Source of the DNA: a virus
Lineage: Duplodnaviria; Heunggongvirae; Uroviricota; Caudoviricetes
IMG/VR virus record: IMGVR_UViG_2728369187_000006
Span: 1-20,975 of that record
Reading direction: 5' to 3' (one strand)
DNA: 20,975 nt
Below, piece by piece: positions 1 through 8,749 of the stretch. Made by a program: the position numbers and the translations under genes. Below the pieces are notes generated by a model. The model saw only the letters and a program-made list of their open reading frames with translations, was not told the DNA's origin and searched no databases. How positions within the stretch are numbered: position 1 is the stretch's first letter; each line of letters starts with the position of its first letter.

Positions 1-753
1 GTCCAGCCCCATCTCAAGGATCATCGGGCGGTGAGCATTGCCAAGCCCGGTGTGACGCTCCTCAAAATCTTTCTTCAGGCGCTCATAAGCCTGATCTGAC
101 AGCGTCTGCTCTGTACGCAACACACCCGACGTCACCGCGCCATTGCTGAACAGTCTGGCCCCGTGCTCTTCGGTCGCTGCCGCCAGCGATATTGCCTCGC
201 GGGCATAGGCGATGGGATTCAGCCCCACCAGTCCGTCCAGCGTCAGCGTGCGCACATGCCAGATATCCTCCTGGCTCAGTACATCCGTGGAGCCATCCGG
301 GAATGTGACCTGATAGACCGGCTCCCAGCTACTGTTAAGCTTCGGTACCACACTGCCGGGATCGACGGGCAGCAGTTCAGCCACTTCGCCAAATGCTTTC
401 ACTTTGTAGGCGTAAAAGTTTCCCCGCAGGCACAGACAGGTGACCACCAGCTCCCAGAACTCCTGCGGCGTCATATAGCCATTGGGATGCGTGGAGATCA
501 GCTTATGCAGACGTTCGCCAGTGGCTCTCTGCTTCAGGCTGCCGTTCAGGTGATACAGGTTGCAGGGCAACATCCCGACCGACTCCGCCAGCACCCTGAC
601 ACAGGAAAAAACCGCCGTCAGTCGCATGGCCCGCTGGCTGCTGATCTGCTTTCCGGTATAGGTGTCGTAGGACAACCCGATAGCATCCGCCAGCTCTGCT
701 GGCGTGGTCACCGGTGCGTCACTTTTTCGTTGAAATAATCCCGAAAAGAACAC
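1..753 (-). CDS. Phage portal protein, HK97-like family; N-terminal part only, gene continues past the left window edge
   Basis: Hand translation of the minus strand gives an open frame from a GTG at 753..751 to position 1 ([27 protein letters not shown]...MRLTAVFSCVRVLAESVGMLP...) that resembles HK97-type portal N-termini from memory. It lies directly downstream of the large terminase. Start codon is uncertain (GTG 753 or ATG 627). Confidence 0.75.
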   Translation of the reverse strand, partial: MFFSGLFQRKSDAPVTTPAELADAIGLSYDTYTGKQISSQRAMRLTAVFSCVRVLAESVGMLPCNLYHLNGSLKQRATGERLHKLISTHPNGYMTPQEFWELVVTCLCLRGNFYAYKVKAFGEVAELLPVDPGSVVPKLNSSWEPVYQVTFPDGSTDVLSQEDIWHVRTLTLDGLVGLNPIAYAREAISLAAATEEHGARLFSNGAVTSGVLRTEQTLSDQAYERLKKDFEERHTGLGNAHRPMILEMGLD

Positions 754-935
754 TATTTACCTCCGCCGACAGACAGCTGTGTACGATCGAGATATCGCGC
801 CACCAGCCACGACCAGAACAGGCACAGCGCCCCGGCAACAACAAAACCCGCCGGGGGATAAATCAGCCAGGCACCATATGCCAGCAAAAGCGCACCCAGC
901 ACGCCCACCAGAGGCGCGAGAATCAGCATGATCAT
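753..935 (-). CDS. Small hydrophobic hypothetical protein between terminase and portal
   Basis: 60-aa ORF with one long hydrophobic stretch, tightly packed between the large terminase stop (947) and the portal start. No recognisable family. Confidence 0.35.
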   Translation of the reverse strand: MIMLILAPLVGVLGALLLAYGAWLIYPPAGFVVAGALCLFWSWLVARYLDRTQLSVGGGK

Positions 936-946
936 AATTACCTCAG

Positions 947-2680
947 TTAAAGCGAGCGGATCCCGTAGGACTCAATGTGGTCAGACAGCGTGTCTTCTTT
1001 CTCGTACAGCATGGCTCTGCCAACCGCCATAATCAGCGTAACTGCACCATCGATTTTGTTTTCCGCCTGCTCTTTGACGGGTTTCACCACGTCATCGTTA
1101 CCCGGAATGGTTTTGCCGACCACGTTGCCGATACACCAGGTCATGATGGGATTGCCGTCATGATGAAAGCGCCCCGATTCAATTGCCGCTTCCAGCTCTT
1201 TCATCGGGTCGGACATGTTGGTGTAGTTCTGAATGATAGTGATGGGGTTCAGGTCTTCATCAGCAAGGTCATGTGACAACCCGGTCGCCCCGAAGGGGTC
1301 GATGGGTGACTCACTGACCGGGCTGATTTTGTTCGCCGCTTTGGCCTCCTCGAGGATGTAGCGATAATCCACCTCCGCACCATCGGTAACGGTCAGAACG
1401 CCCATTTCCACCCATTTCTGAAAGCGTTCGGCTGTCCGTCGATCTTCATTTTTCTCGACGCTGTACACCGTGTCATATGGTACCCAGAAACGCGGGGCCA
1501 CACTGTAGTAATGCGTTTTACCGTCAATCTCGCGGGTATAAAGTCGCGCCATGCTGTTCATATCCAGCTTACGCGCCAGGTCAAAGGCCAGAATGCACGG
1601 CTGCCCCTCGAACTGCTCAAGGGTCAGTGATTTATCCTCGCAGATCTGCCAGCTCACCAGGTTGAAATACGCCGAACGCGCCGACACCCAGATATTGAGG
1701 TGTTTTGTTTTAAAGACGTTTGCCAGACGGGCGTTATTTTTCGCACGCTGCTGCTGACTTAACAAAAATTCGCGATAAACCGACACGCCAATATTTGGAT
1801 TGGCTTTTTCCAGCACCTGCGGGTCGGTCCAGTCGTCACCTTCATCAACGGTATAGATGATCCCGAACAGTTCATCGTTGGGTACCGAACCGTTGAGCAT
1901 CTCGATGACTTCCCGCCGTTTGTCGTAGCACGGCCCCTCAATGTTGTACCCGGCGGTAGTGATAGCCCACATCAGTGGCTGACGTCGCGCCCCCATCCCG
2001 GTAAGCATCGTGGTGTAAAGCGCATCTGTGGCGTGCTCGTGATATTCATCCACCACCGCACAGTGGGGTGATGAACCATCACCGGGGTTACCAATCAGCG
2101 GTTCAAACCGCGCCCCATCCTCCGGACGGTTCATGTTTGAGGCGTTAACCTCAATCCCGAACGCTTCCGTCAGCATGGGTGTGCGTTTACACATCAGTCG
2201 CGCCGGGCGAAAGACTTCCCACGCCTGTTTCTCTGTCGTGGCACCGGAATACACTTCCGCGCCGAACTCGTTATCACAGGCAAAACAATACAGGGCAACA
2301 CCGGCAGAGATTGCCGATTTGCCGTTCTTACGGGGGATTTCGGTATACACCTCCCGGAAGCGGCGCAGCCGGGAGCCTTTATTGACCCAGCCAAACGCGC
2401 AGCAGATCACAAAGAGCTGCCACGGCTCCAGCGTGATGGGCATCCGTTTAAATGCCCACTCACCCTTGGTGTGCGGCAACAGCTGAATAAATTTGGCGGC
2501 CCGTTCAGCCAGATCCTTGTCGAAGCGGTAACGAAACGACTTACTTTTTTCCGCCATCAGGTCATCAAGATGGCGCTGGCAGGCCTGAATCACAAACTGG
2601 CAGGCCACAATCTTTCCGCGCACGACATCCCGGGCATACTGATTGGCAGCATTTACGTTGGGGTAAGATTTCCGGCTCAT
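947..2680 (-). CDS. Terminase large subunit
   Basis: 577-aa ORF whose sequence and length fit phage large terminases (ATPase plus nuclease). Its 5' end overlaps the small-terminase stop (2677..2680), suggesting translational coupling. Confidence 0.88.
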   Translation of the reverse strand: MSRKSYPNVNAANQYARDVVRGKIVACQFVIQACQRHLDDLMAEKSKSFRYRFDKDLAERAAKFIQLLPHTKGEWAFKRMPITLEPWQLFVICCAFGWVNKGSRLRRFREVYTEIPRKNGKSAISAGVALYCFACDNEFGAEVYSGATTEKQAWEVFRPARLMCKRTPMLTEAFGIEVNASNMNRPEDGARFEPLIGNPGDGSSPHCAVVDEYHEHATDALYTTMLTGMGARRQPLMWAITTAGYNIEGPCYDKRREVIEMLNGSVPNDELFGIIYTVDEGDDWTDPQVLEKANPNIGVSVYREFLLSQQQRAKNNARLANVFKTKHLNIWVSARSAYFNLVSWQICEDKSLTLEQFEGQPCILAFDLARKLDMNSMARLYTREIDGKTHYYSVAPRFWVPYDTVYSVEKNEDRRTAERFQKWVEMGVLTVTDGAEVDYRYILEEAKAANKISPVSESPIDPFGATGLSHDLADEDLNPITIIQNYTNMSDPMKELEAAIESGRFHHDGNPIMTWCIGNVVGKTIPGNDDVVKPVKEQAENKIDGAVTLIMAVGRAMLYEKEDTLSDHIESYGIRSL

Positions 2681-3180
2681 GACTCGATAATTTTCAGAAA
2701 CGGGTTAGTGGCTTTCTTCTTCCCCGCCAGGCCAATCAGACGCTGGCGGCTGCTGGGGTCGAGTCCGAGCATTGCCCCCGTACTGCTCATCTCGGACTCC
2801 TGTTCTTTTTTGGCGGTCAGCTCCGGATTTTTGACCATGCCGCCCATTGCACCGGTGATGGTGTTGCCCTGTCTGGCAATATTTTTCACGGCACGTCGCC
2901 AGAACTCATAGGCCACGCACCACCGCTCAAGCACTGCGAGGTCAGTCACGCACAGCAGGCCCTGACCGCAGAGTTCTTTGGTTGTCAGTTGCCACATGAT
3001 CGTGGCGAGAGGAAGCTCTTCTTCAGCGAACCACTCCGGTGGCTCAACACCTTTGATGGGCGTAAAAACAGGTTCATCTTTGTTCAGGGCTCGCTTGCCG
3101 GGGTTTCCGGCCAGCGCCTTGCGCGCCGTTGGCTTAGGGCGACGCCCGGAACGCCCCACCGTTCCAGCCATATGCGGCAC
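2677..3180 (-). CDS. Terminase small subunit (P27-like family)
   Basis: 167-aa ORF immediately upstream of the large terminase. Basic N-terminus ([22 protein letters not shown]) resembles P27-family small terminases from memory. Confidence 0.8.
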   Translation of the reverse strand: MPHMAGTVGRSGRRPKPTARKALAGNPGKRALNKDEPVFTPIKGVEPPEWFAEEELPLATIMWQLTTKELCGQGLLCVTDLAVLERWCVAYEFWRRAVKNIARQGNTITGAMGGMVKNPELTAKKEQESEMSSTGAMLGLDPSSRQRLIGLAGKKKATNPFLKIIES

Positions 3181-3296
3181 TCCTGGTTAAATTTCATTTT
3201 TCGCGGGTATAAAAAAACGATGGGGCGGGCAGTCCTGAAGACGTCAGGGTACAGAGATTTGACCCGCCCCTCCCCTCTGGCAGTGGGAACTGGTTC
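3181..3296. other. Candidate cos region between HNH endonuclease and small terminase
   Basis: Non-coding gap holding a G/C-rich inverted repeat (GGGGCGGG ... CCCGCCCC) inside AT-rich flanks. In HK97-like phages cos lies between the HNH gene and terS, and lambda cosN is similarly GGGCGG-rich. Exact cut sites cannot be determined from sequence. Confidence 0.35.
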
Positions 3297-3647
3297 TTAC
3301 TTCAGCCGTTCACGAGCCGTCTTCGTCTTATGACACGGCCAGCACAGGCTCTGCAGATTGCTGTCTGAATCTGTGCCGCCATGCGCTTTAGGAATGATGT
3401 GGTCAACGGTTTTCGCCTCACGCACCACACCAGCACGCAGACATAACTGACATAAACCTTTGTCACGCTTCAGGACACGCACGCGGATACCGTCCCACTT
3501 CGAACCATAACCGCGCTGATGACGGGATTGTCCTGGCTTGTATTGTTTCCAGCCTTCGCTTTTGTGGCTTTCACAATAGCCTGACGGATCAGTGGTGGTT
3601 TGGCGGCAGCCGCGAACGCGGCAGGCTTTTGGGGTTCGTGGGGGCAT
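3297..3647 (-). CDS. HNH endonuclease (terminase-associated)
   Basis: 116-aa ORF with cysteine pairs and an HNH core (VDHIIPKAHGGTDSDSNLQSLCWPCHKTKT), directly upstream of terS as in HK97-like packaging modules. Confidence 0.85.
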   Translation of the reverse strand: MPPRTPKACRVRGCRQTTTDPSGYCESHKSEGWKQYKPGQSRHQRGYGSKWDGIRVRVLKRDKGLCQLCLRAGVVREAKTVDHIIPKAHGGTDSDSNLQSLCWPCHKTKTARERLK

Positions 3648-3897
3648 AAAACCTCCAATGGTTGAAAGGTGATAGTCCGATAATTAGGCTACTGCGTGCC
3701 ATATTTAACACAACAGCTGAATATTAGGTGCTGATGGTTTACCTGCTCATTTATACAAATAATATATAACTAATCGATAATTTTTTGTATTTCACCTAGA
3801 GTCCTAAGGTTTCACCATTCTGGTCCTTCCATACAATCTAAAAAAATAATAATGTAGACATCGCCGTAATTATGCGGTTTATACCCATAGGTGATTT

Positions 3898-4182
3898 ATG
3901 CCAGAAGTTACAGGTTCTCTCGAAAAAGGATTCGAGATCAAAGAAACTATCTCTGAATTGGTATTTAACCAAGAGGGTTTGGTTATTGACCATTCAGTAC
4001 AGGTTGATGGTGTTACGCATCGTATCGTCAAATATGACAATAATGGTAGCGTCGCCATCCGCTATGATACTGATACAGGTAGCAATTTTTCGCTATCACT
4101 GAACAATGTAAAACTCAAAATGACTGACAACAATGATCCTAAGAATACAGTAACTGCTACGTTCTCAAGGAACGATGGCTAA
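3898..4182 (+). CDS. Hypothetical small protein (moron candidate), opposite strand to the surrounding late genes
   Basis: 94-aa ORF in a visibly AT-rich island, with AGGTGA 3 nt before the ATG and an intrinsic terminator just downstream. No family recognised. Confidence 0.5.
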   Translation: MPEVTGSLEKGFEIKETISELVFNQEGLVIDHSVQVDGVTHRIVKYDNNGSVAIRYDTDTGSNFSLSLNNVKLKMTDNNDPKNTVTATFSRNDG

Positions 4183-4188
4183 TGACAA

Positions 4189-4215
4189 GGGGCGCTTCGG
4201 CGCCCTTTTATCTTA
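4189..4215 (+). terminator. Rho-independent terminator after the moron ORF
   Basis: GC stem GGGCGC-TTCG-GCGCCC followed by TTTTATCTTATT, read directly from the sequence. Confidence 0.7.
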
Positions 4216-4297
4216 TTCAAACCTCAACATAAATTACAATAAATAAGATGCATAGGTTATTATCAAGCGACTTAACCATTCTGGACTTAATTGTTTC

Positions 4298-4558
4298 TCA
4301 TCTTAATTCCATAGAGTGATTTTCTATTTTACGTATATCAGCCTTATCTCGATTGCATTGTCCAAGGGCTGATAACAGACTCACATTTAAATTAAAACTG
4401 GCCCCATATGTCAGCGGTTCTGGAATAACTGGTTGTGGGGTTTCAGCGGTCAGACTCACCGGTAGTGGTATCGCCGGAACTTGTACGTAAACTGTCCGCG
4501 AACTTCCGCAACCGGTCAGCAGCGGCAGCAGGCACAGGACGTGAAGCACAATCATCAT
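4298..4558 (-). CDS. Rz1: Rz1-like o-spanin lipoprotein, overlapping the 3' part of Rz in another frame
   Basis: Internal start (MMIVLHVLCLLPLLTGCGSS...) gives a signal peptide with lipobox LTGC and a proline-rich mature part, in the +1 frame relative to Rz. Start codon choice is uncertain. Confidence 0.55.
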   Translation of the reverse strand: MMIVLHVLCLLPLLTGCGSSRTVYVQVPAIPLPVSLTAETPQPVIPEPLTYGASFNLNVSLLSALGQCNRDKADIRKIENHSMELR

Positions 4559-4835
4559 CCGCAACAGCCACTTTGATATCTTCCTGGGTTCTCTGTGACT
4601 CCAGTGCGATCTGCTGTTTTGCATGCTGGTTAGCCTCCAGAACTGTATTGATGATTTGCATTGATTGCAGGCCGTTATTAGTAATGGCAGTTGCTGATTC
4701 AGCATTTCGTACAGCCTCATCAGCGCGTTTCTTTTCGTGCTGATATTTGCTGTAGTAGTGGTTGGCAGACCAGATAAAAGAACCAATGACAGTAACGAAG
4801 AATGCAGCGATAACCAGCTTATAGCTCAACTTCAT
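4443..4835 (-). CDS. Rz: Rz-like i-spanin
   Basis: 130 aa with an N-terminal TM segment (LVIAAFFVTVIGSFIW) and a charged, coiled-coil-like periplasmic part, immediately downstream of the endolysin. Confidence 0.75.
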   Translation of the reverse strand: MKLSYKLVIAAFFVTVIGSFIWSANHYYSKYQHEKKRADEAVRNAESATAITNNGLQSMQIINTVLEANQHAKQQIALESQRTQEDIKVAVADDDCASRPVPAAAADRLRKFADSLRTSSGDTTTGESDR

Positions 4836-5295
4836 TTACCACCCCACCAGCCTCTTTAAACCGGGCAATCAGGTCACCGATTTTATGTTCATACTGACCG
4901 TAACCAGCACCCGGCAAAGAAGCCCAGATATTACTGCAACGGTCGATTGCCTGCCGGATATCGCCGCGATCAATCATAGGTAAAGCGCCACGCTCTTTAA
5001 TCTGCTGCAATGCCACAGCATCCTGGCTTTTTGGAGAGAAGTCTTTCAAGCCAAGCTGCTTACAATAAGCATCCCACCAGCGTGAAAGAATCTGATAACG
5101 ACCAGCTGCTGTTGATTTAAGTTTCGGGTTTAGTGTGACAAGTTTGCGAGGATGATCGGAGTAATCAGTGAATAGTTCGCCTCCGACAATAACGTCATAA
5201 CCGTAGTTACATGTCGGTTGCCGTCCGTTATCCGTTCCTTCTGACCATGCCACCATATCGAGGAAAGCTTTACGCTGGGAATTTAGTACCTGCAT
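4819..5295 (-). CDS. R: Endolysin, lambda R-type lytic transglycosylase
   Basis: 158 aa, near-identical from memory to lambda R (QRKAFLDM.AWSEGTDNGRQ...GYDVIVGGELFTDYSDHPRKLVTLNPKLKST.AGRYQ.LSRWWDAY...). Confidence 0.93.
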   Translation of the reverse strand: MQVLNSQRKAFLDMVAWSEGTDNGRQPTCNYGYDVIVGGELFTDYSDHPRKLVTLNPKLKSTAAGRYQILSRWWDAYCKQLGLKDFSPKSQDAVALQQIKERGALPMIDRGDIRQAIDRCSNIWASLPGAGYGQYEHKIGDLIARFKEAGGVVNEVEL

Positions 5296-5298
5296 AAA

Positions 5299-5625
5299 TT
5301 ACTCCTTAGAGCCACCAAACTTGTTACCGATTACTCTCATTGCAGCCCCACGAATTGCATCGACCCCGATCAGCCCCACCCCACCACCAATGGCAACAGA
5401 AAGCGATTTAGGCCATCCGACATACTCAAGAGCGGATGCAAAAGTCAGCGTCAGAGCACCACAGAGCAAAATCTCGAGCGTTTTTCGTTTCCAGCCACCA
5501 CCACTGCCAAAATAGGCAATACGTAAACCAGCCATAACGATCGACATAATCACTGCGCCCAGCGGTGTGTCTCCACGCCACCAGCTCTGGACCAACTCCA
5601 GCCAAGTATTTGGGTTATGAGGCAT
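5299..5625 (-). CDS. Putative holin (class I-like, three hydrophobic segments)
   Basis: 108-aa ORF with three predicted TM segments immediately upstream of the endolysin. Not lambda S by sequence; called on position and topology. Confidence 0.62.
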   Translation of the reverse strand: MPHNPNTWLELVQSWWRGDTPLGAVIMSIVMAGLRIAYFGSGGGWKRKTLEILLCGALTLTFASALEYVGWPKSLSVAIGGGVGLIGVDAIRGAAMRVIGNKFGGSKE

Positions 5626-5764
5626 TTGTAGTTATCTCTCACCTCGCTAATACAGCAGGTGCAAATTGAGGGAACATCATGTACCGCAAATCAGAAGCGG
5701 AAACGTCAAAGAAGCCGAACCAATGGATAACTGCGGAATAGGCAAGGACCAACGAATCCCCAGC

Positions 5765-5799
5765 CCCAGAAACGACAAAACCCGCTCGACGGCGGGTTT
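5765..5799 (-). terminator. Intrinsic terminator on the minus strand, candidate tR'-like late terminator
   Basis: Stem AAACCCGC / GCGGGTTT (5778..5785 and 5792..5799) with loop TCGACG; on the minus strand it is followed by TTTTGTCGTTTCT. Sits about 140 nt upstream of the holin start. Confidence 0.5.
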
Positions 5800-5844
5800 A
5801 AGCTGTGTGGCGAAGTAACCACTCTTAACAGATTACAATGTTTT

Positions 5845-5873
5845 TTGCGTACGCGTTAGCATTTTCGTAAAAT
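5845..5873 (+). promoter_or_regulatory. Candidate sigma70 promoter for the cargo operon
   Basis: TTGCGT (5845..5850), 17-nt spacer, TAAAAT (5868..5873), about 30 nt upstream of the 5905 ATG. AT-rich context, so chance matches are likely. Confidence 0.3.
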
Positions 5874-5904
5874 ACATTACCTTGCAACCATTTCAGTATA
5901 AAAA

Positions 5905-7695
5905 ATGAGCACAGAATTAAAACTAAAGAAAATTATGGCATCGTCTAAAATTGAGCCATTTATTAGACATATTCGTTTTCCTTTTTTTAAAAACCTTGCA
6001 GAGGGTAGCAAGATTGATTTTGAGTATCCAATTACAGCATTAGTTGGTCAAAACGGAACCAATAAAAGTTCTGTTTTAAGAGCCCTATTCGGTTCTCCAA
6101 ACAACTATTCTCTGGGTAGCTTATGGTTTTCTACAGATGTAGATGAGATTAAAGATGGTGGTCGTTCTAGATTTATTTATGGATATTATGACAAAGCTAC
6201 TGATTCAATTGTTGAAGTAATTAAAACTCGAATCTCTAAAGAAAATGATCCTGATTACTGGGAACCATCCAGACCATTAAAATCCGACAACATGGCTCCA
6301 ATGCCTAGTACAAAAATCTCAACCAATCAACTAAGGACTAGGTGGAAAGCTATTGACAAAAATGTAATATATTTAGATTTCAGAGCAACTATCAGTGCAT
6401 TTGATAAGTTCTTTTATCACTCTGATTTTCATACATACCCTAAGAAAGATTATCTTAGAAAACGCAGTCAGATGCTAAAAGACATTATAGATAACGATCT
6501 TAAAAAATATCAACCTCATAAAGGAAAAAAAGACAAGCTATTTGTTAACACTTTATTAGAAAAAAGTAAGGTAGAGGCAATCAGCAAGATTTTAGGTCGC
6601 AAATACACAAGCATCCGCCTTATTGAACATAGCTTATTCACTAATGACAAAGCTCCCACAATTATTCTTCAATCAGAAAACTTAAAATATTCTGAAGCTT
6701 TCGCAGGCAGTGGGGAATTTGCTGTATCTATATTAGTGCATAAACTAATGGATAGCCCTGATGCATCTTTAATTCTGCTAGATGAACCTGAAGTATCACT
6801 TCACCCTTCTGCTCAATGTCAATTGATGGAATTTTTATCAGAACAAGCACTTAAAAAGAAACATCAAATTGTCATATCCACACATTCATCAACAATAGTA
6901 AAAGACTTGCCTAAAAATGCCATAAAATTATTCTGTCTGAATGATAAAATAGGAAAGGTTGATGTTCTTCAAAATGTCAGCCCAGAAGAATCTTTCTTTA
7001 TTCTTGGTGAACGCATTGATAAAAGAACCGTTATTGTAGAAGATCGGTTAGCGAAGAGGTTTGTAGAAAAGGCGCTTAAAGCGGGTGGTGAAGCATTATT
7101 AAACTCCTTCGAAGTAAAACATGTTCCTGGAGGAGCGGGAAGTATTCTTCAAACTTTGGCTGTGCCTTTATGTGTTGCCAATGTTAAAAACGTTATTTTC
7201 TTATTAGATGGTGACCAATCGAGAACTGATGATTATCCAACTTCTGATTCCATACCAGAAAATCAAAACACAAACCTTCAAAACATCATAAAAGAAATAA
7301 CCAATCAAGATATAAAATTTAGTTGTGATGGTTCTAATGGCTCATCAAATAACAATCAAAAATACAAAATGCAAAGAAATTTTATCGATTTCATCCACGA
7401 TAAAATTGCTTTTCTTCCTGTTTATACTCCTGAAGCATTTCTTATTGAGAATGTTCATGGTGATTATAAAGAATATAAAGATCAAATCCCCAAAAACATT
7501 CAAGATGCTAAAGAAATCACCAAAGAACTTTGTAAGTTAGACACAGGGTTGGAAAACGTTACCAGTGACGATATCTTTGAAACACAAATCAGAATTCTTA
7601 ATAAAATACCAAATAATCATGAAGTGTTAACAAAAACTCGAGAGTTGCTGCAAATCTTTTTAGATAATGATACTATCAGACCAAGAGTGAGGTAG
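5905..7695 (+). CDS. OLD-family-like ABC ATPase with putative C-terminal TOPRIM nuclease domain (cargo gene 1)
   Basis: 596 aa. Variant Walker A (ALVGQNGTNKSSVLRAL), Walker B with LHP (SLILLDEPEVSLHPSAQ) typical of AAA_21/OLD ATPases, then TOPRIM-like motifs (TVIVEDRLAKRFVE, glycine-rich PGGAGS, DxD-like FLLDGDQ). AT-rich. Family assignment is by eye, not by HMM. Start may instead be ATG 5935. Confidence 0.7.
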   Translation: MSTELKLKKIMASSKIEPFIRHIRFPFFKNLAEGSKIDFEYPITALVGQNGTNKSSVLRALFGSPNNYSLGSLWFSTDVDEIKDGGRSRFIYGYYDKATDSIVEVIKTRISKENDPDYWEPSRPLKSDNMAPMPSTKISTNQLRTRWKAIDKNVIYLDFRATISAFDKFFYHSDFHTYPKKDYLRKRSQMLKDIIDNDLKKYQPHKGKKDKLFVNTLLEKSKVEAISKILGRKYTSIRLIEHSLFTNDKAPTIILQSENLKYSEAFAGSGEFAVSILVHKLMDSPDASLILLDEPEVSLHPSAQCQLMEFLSEQALKKKHQIVISTHSSTIVKDLPKNAIKLFCLNDKIGKVDVLQNVSPEESFFILGERIDKRTVIVEDRLAKRFVEKALKAGGEALLNSFEVKHVPGGAGSILQTLAVPLCVANVKNVIFLLDGDQSRTDDYPTSDSIPENQNTNLQNIIKEITNQDIKFSCDGSNGSSNNNQKYKMQRNFIDFIHDKIAFLPVYTPEAFLIENVHGDYKEYKDQIPKNIQDAKEITKELCKLDTGLENVTSDDIFETQIRILNKIPNNHEVLTKTRELLQIFLDNDTIRPRVR

Positions 7696-7698
7696 ATA

Positions 7699-8739
7699 AT
7701 GGCTAAAAAGATACACGTTTACGATTTCTTTTCCGGCTGCGGCGGAACCAGTGTAGGCCTAAAAGCGGTGGGAATGGAAATTATTTTCGGTTTAGATATT
7801 GATCTAGACTCCGCTAACACCTTTAAAATGAATAATCCATTTGCACATTTTATCAATGGTGATATCAAAGATACACACGTTGAGGAAATTAAGCATCTGG
7901 TTTGTGCGTCAACACAAAGCAAAGCTCTAACCCTATTTTGTGGTTGTGCTCCATGTCAACCATTCTCGAAACAAAATAAAATACGGAACGAGGATGATCC
8001 GAGAAAAGATCTGCTTACTGAGTTTGCACGGTTTGTCTCTTATTATACGCCAGACTTTGTACTGGTAGAGAATGTACCAGGAATCCAAAATGTCGATATT
8101 AACAATGGAAATTTCCAGAAATTTCTTGAGGTTTTAGCACATCATCACTACAACGTTGATTTTGGTGTGATTCCTGCGTTGTGGTTCGGGGTTCCTCAAA
8201 CACGTGAACGTTTTGTTTTACTGGCGTCAAAACACACGAATATTAAGCTTCCATCACAAACTCATGATGGATTAAAAACTCCGTATGCAACTGTCAGAGA
8301 CTGGATCGGCGGATTACCTCCTATTGCTGCCGGTGAAACTCATAAAGATGTTATGGATCATACAGCAGCCAAACTATCTGATCTAAATATTAAACGTATT
8401 AAAGCGACTCCTGAAGGAAAAGGTAGAGAATCTTGGCCTGAAGAACTTATACTAAAATGCCATAAAAAATATAAAGGGCATACTGATGTTTATGGACGGC
8501 TTTCTTGGGACAAACCAGCAAGTGGATTAACAACTAGATGTATAAGCTATTCGAATGGACGTTTCGGACATCCAGAGCAAGATAGGGCTATTTCTGTTAG
8601 AGAGGCTGCGTTATTACAGACTTTCCCATTAGACTATTCCTTCACAGGCTCTTTAGTCTCGAAAGCCAAACAGATAGGGAATGCAGTCCCTCCCAAGATG
8701 GCTGAAGCTCTTGGAAGGGCTATCATCGCATCACTTTAA
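7699..8739 (+). CDS. DNA (cytosine-5)-methyltransferase (cargo gene 2)
   Basis: 346 aa with canonical m5C motifs: I (FSGCGG), IV (PCQPFS), VI (ENVPG), VIII (QTRERF), X (GNAVPP). Starts 4 nt after the upstream stop, with GAGG inside the upstream gene end, so likely translationally coupled. Confidence 0.9.
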   Translation: MAKKIHVYDFFSGCGGTSVGLKAVGMEIIFGLDIDLDSANTFKMNNPFAHFINGDIKDTHVEEIKHLVCASTQSKALTLFCGCAPCQPFSKQNKIRNEDDPRKDLLTEFARFVSYYTPDFVLVENVPGIQNVDINNGNFQKFLEVLAHHHYNVDFGVIPALWFGVPQTRERFVLLASKHTNIKLPSQTHDGLKTPYATVRDWIGGLPPIAAGETHKDVMDHTAAKLSDLNIKRIKATPEGKGRESWPEELILKCHKKYKGHTDVYGRLSWDKPASGLTTRCISYSNGRFGHPEQDRAISVREAALLQTFPLDYSFTGSLVSKAKQIGNAVPPKMAEALGRAIIASL

Positions 8740-8749
8740 AAGCGGAGCC

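Noticed and set aside
163-738. 191-aa plus-strand ORF at the left edge
   Set aside because: It is antisense to the portal reading frame, which gives a far more protein-like translation with a portal-type N-terminus. The plus-strand product is Arg/Gln/His-rich and looks like noise.
975-2486. Multiple short plus-strand ORFs (for example 977..1276, 1477..1665, 2133..2486)
   Set aside because: All lie inside and antisense to the 577-aa large terminase gene and show no protein-like features.
7325-7540. 71-aa plus-strand ORF inside the OLD-like gene
   Set aside because: Alternative frame within a well-supported coding region. Low-complexity Ile/Lys/Phe-rich product typical of AT-rich frame noise.
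5905-8739. Cargo operon considered as a Gabija, Septu or PARIS system
   Set aside because: Those systems pair the OLD/AAA_21 ATPase with a UvrD helicase, an HNH protein or a separate TOPRIM protein. Here the only partner is a C5-methyltransferase, so it does not fit those architectures.
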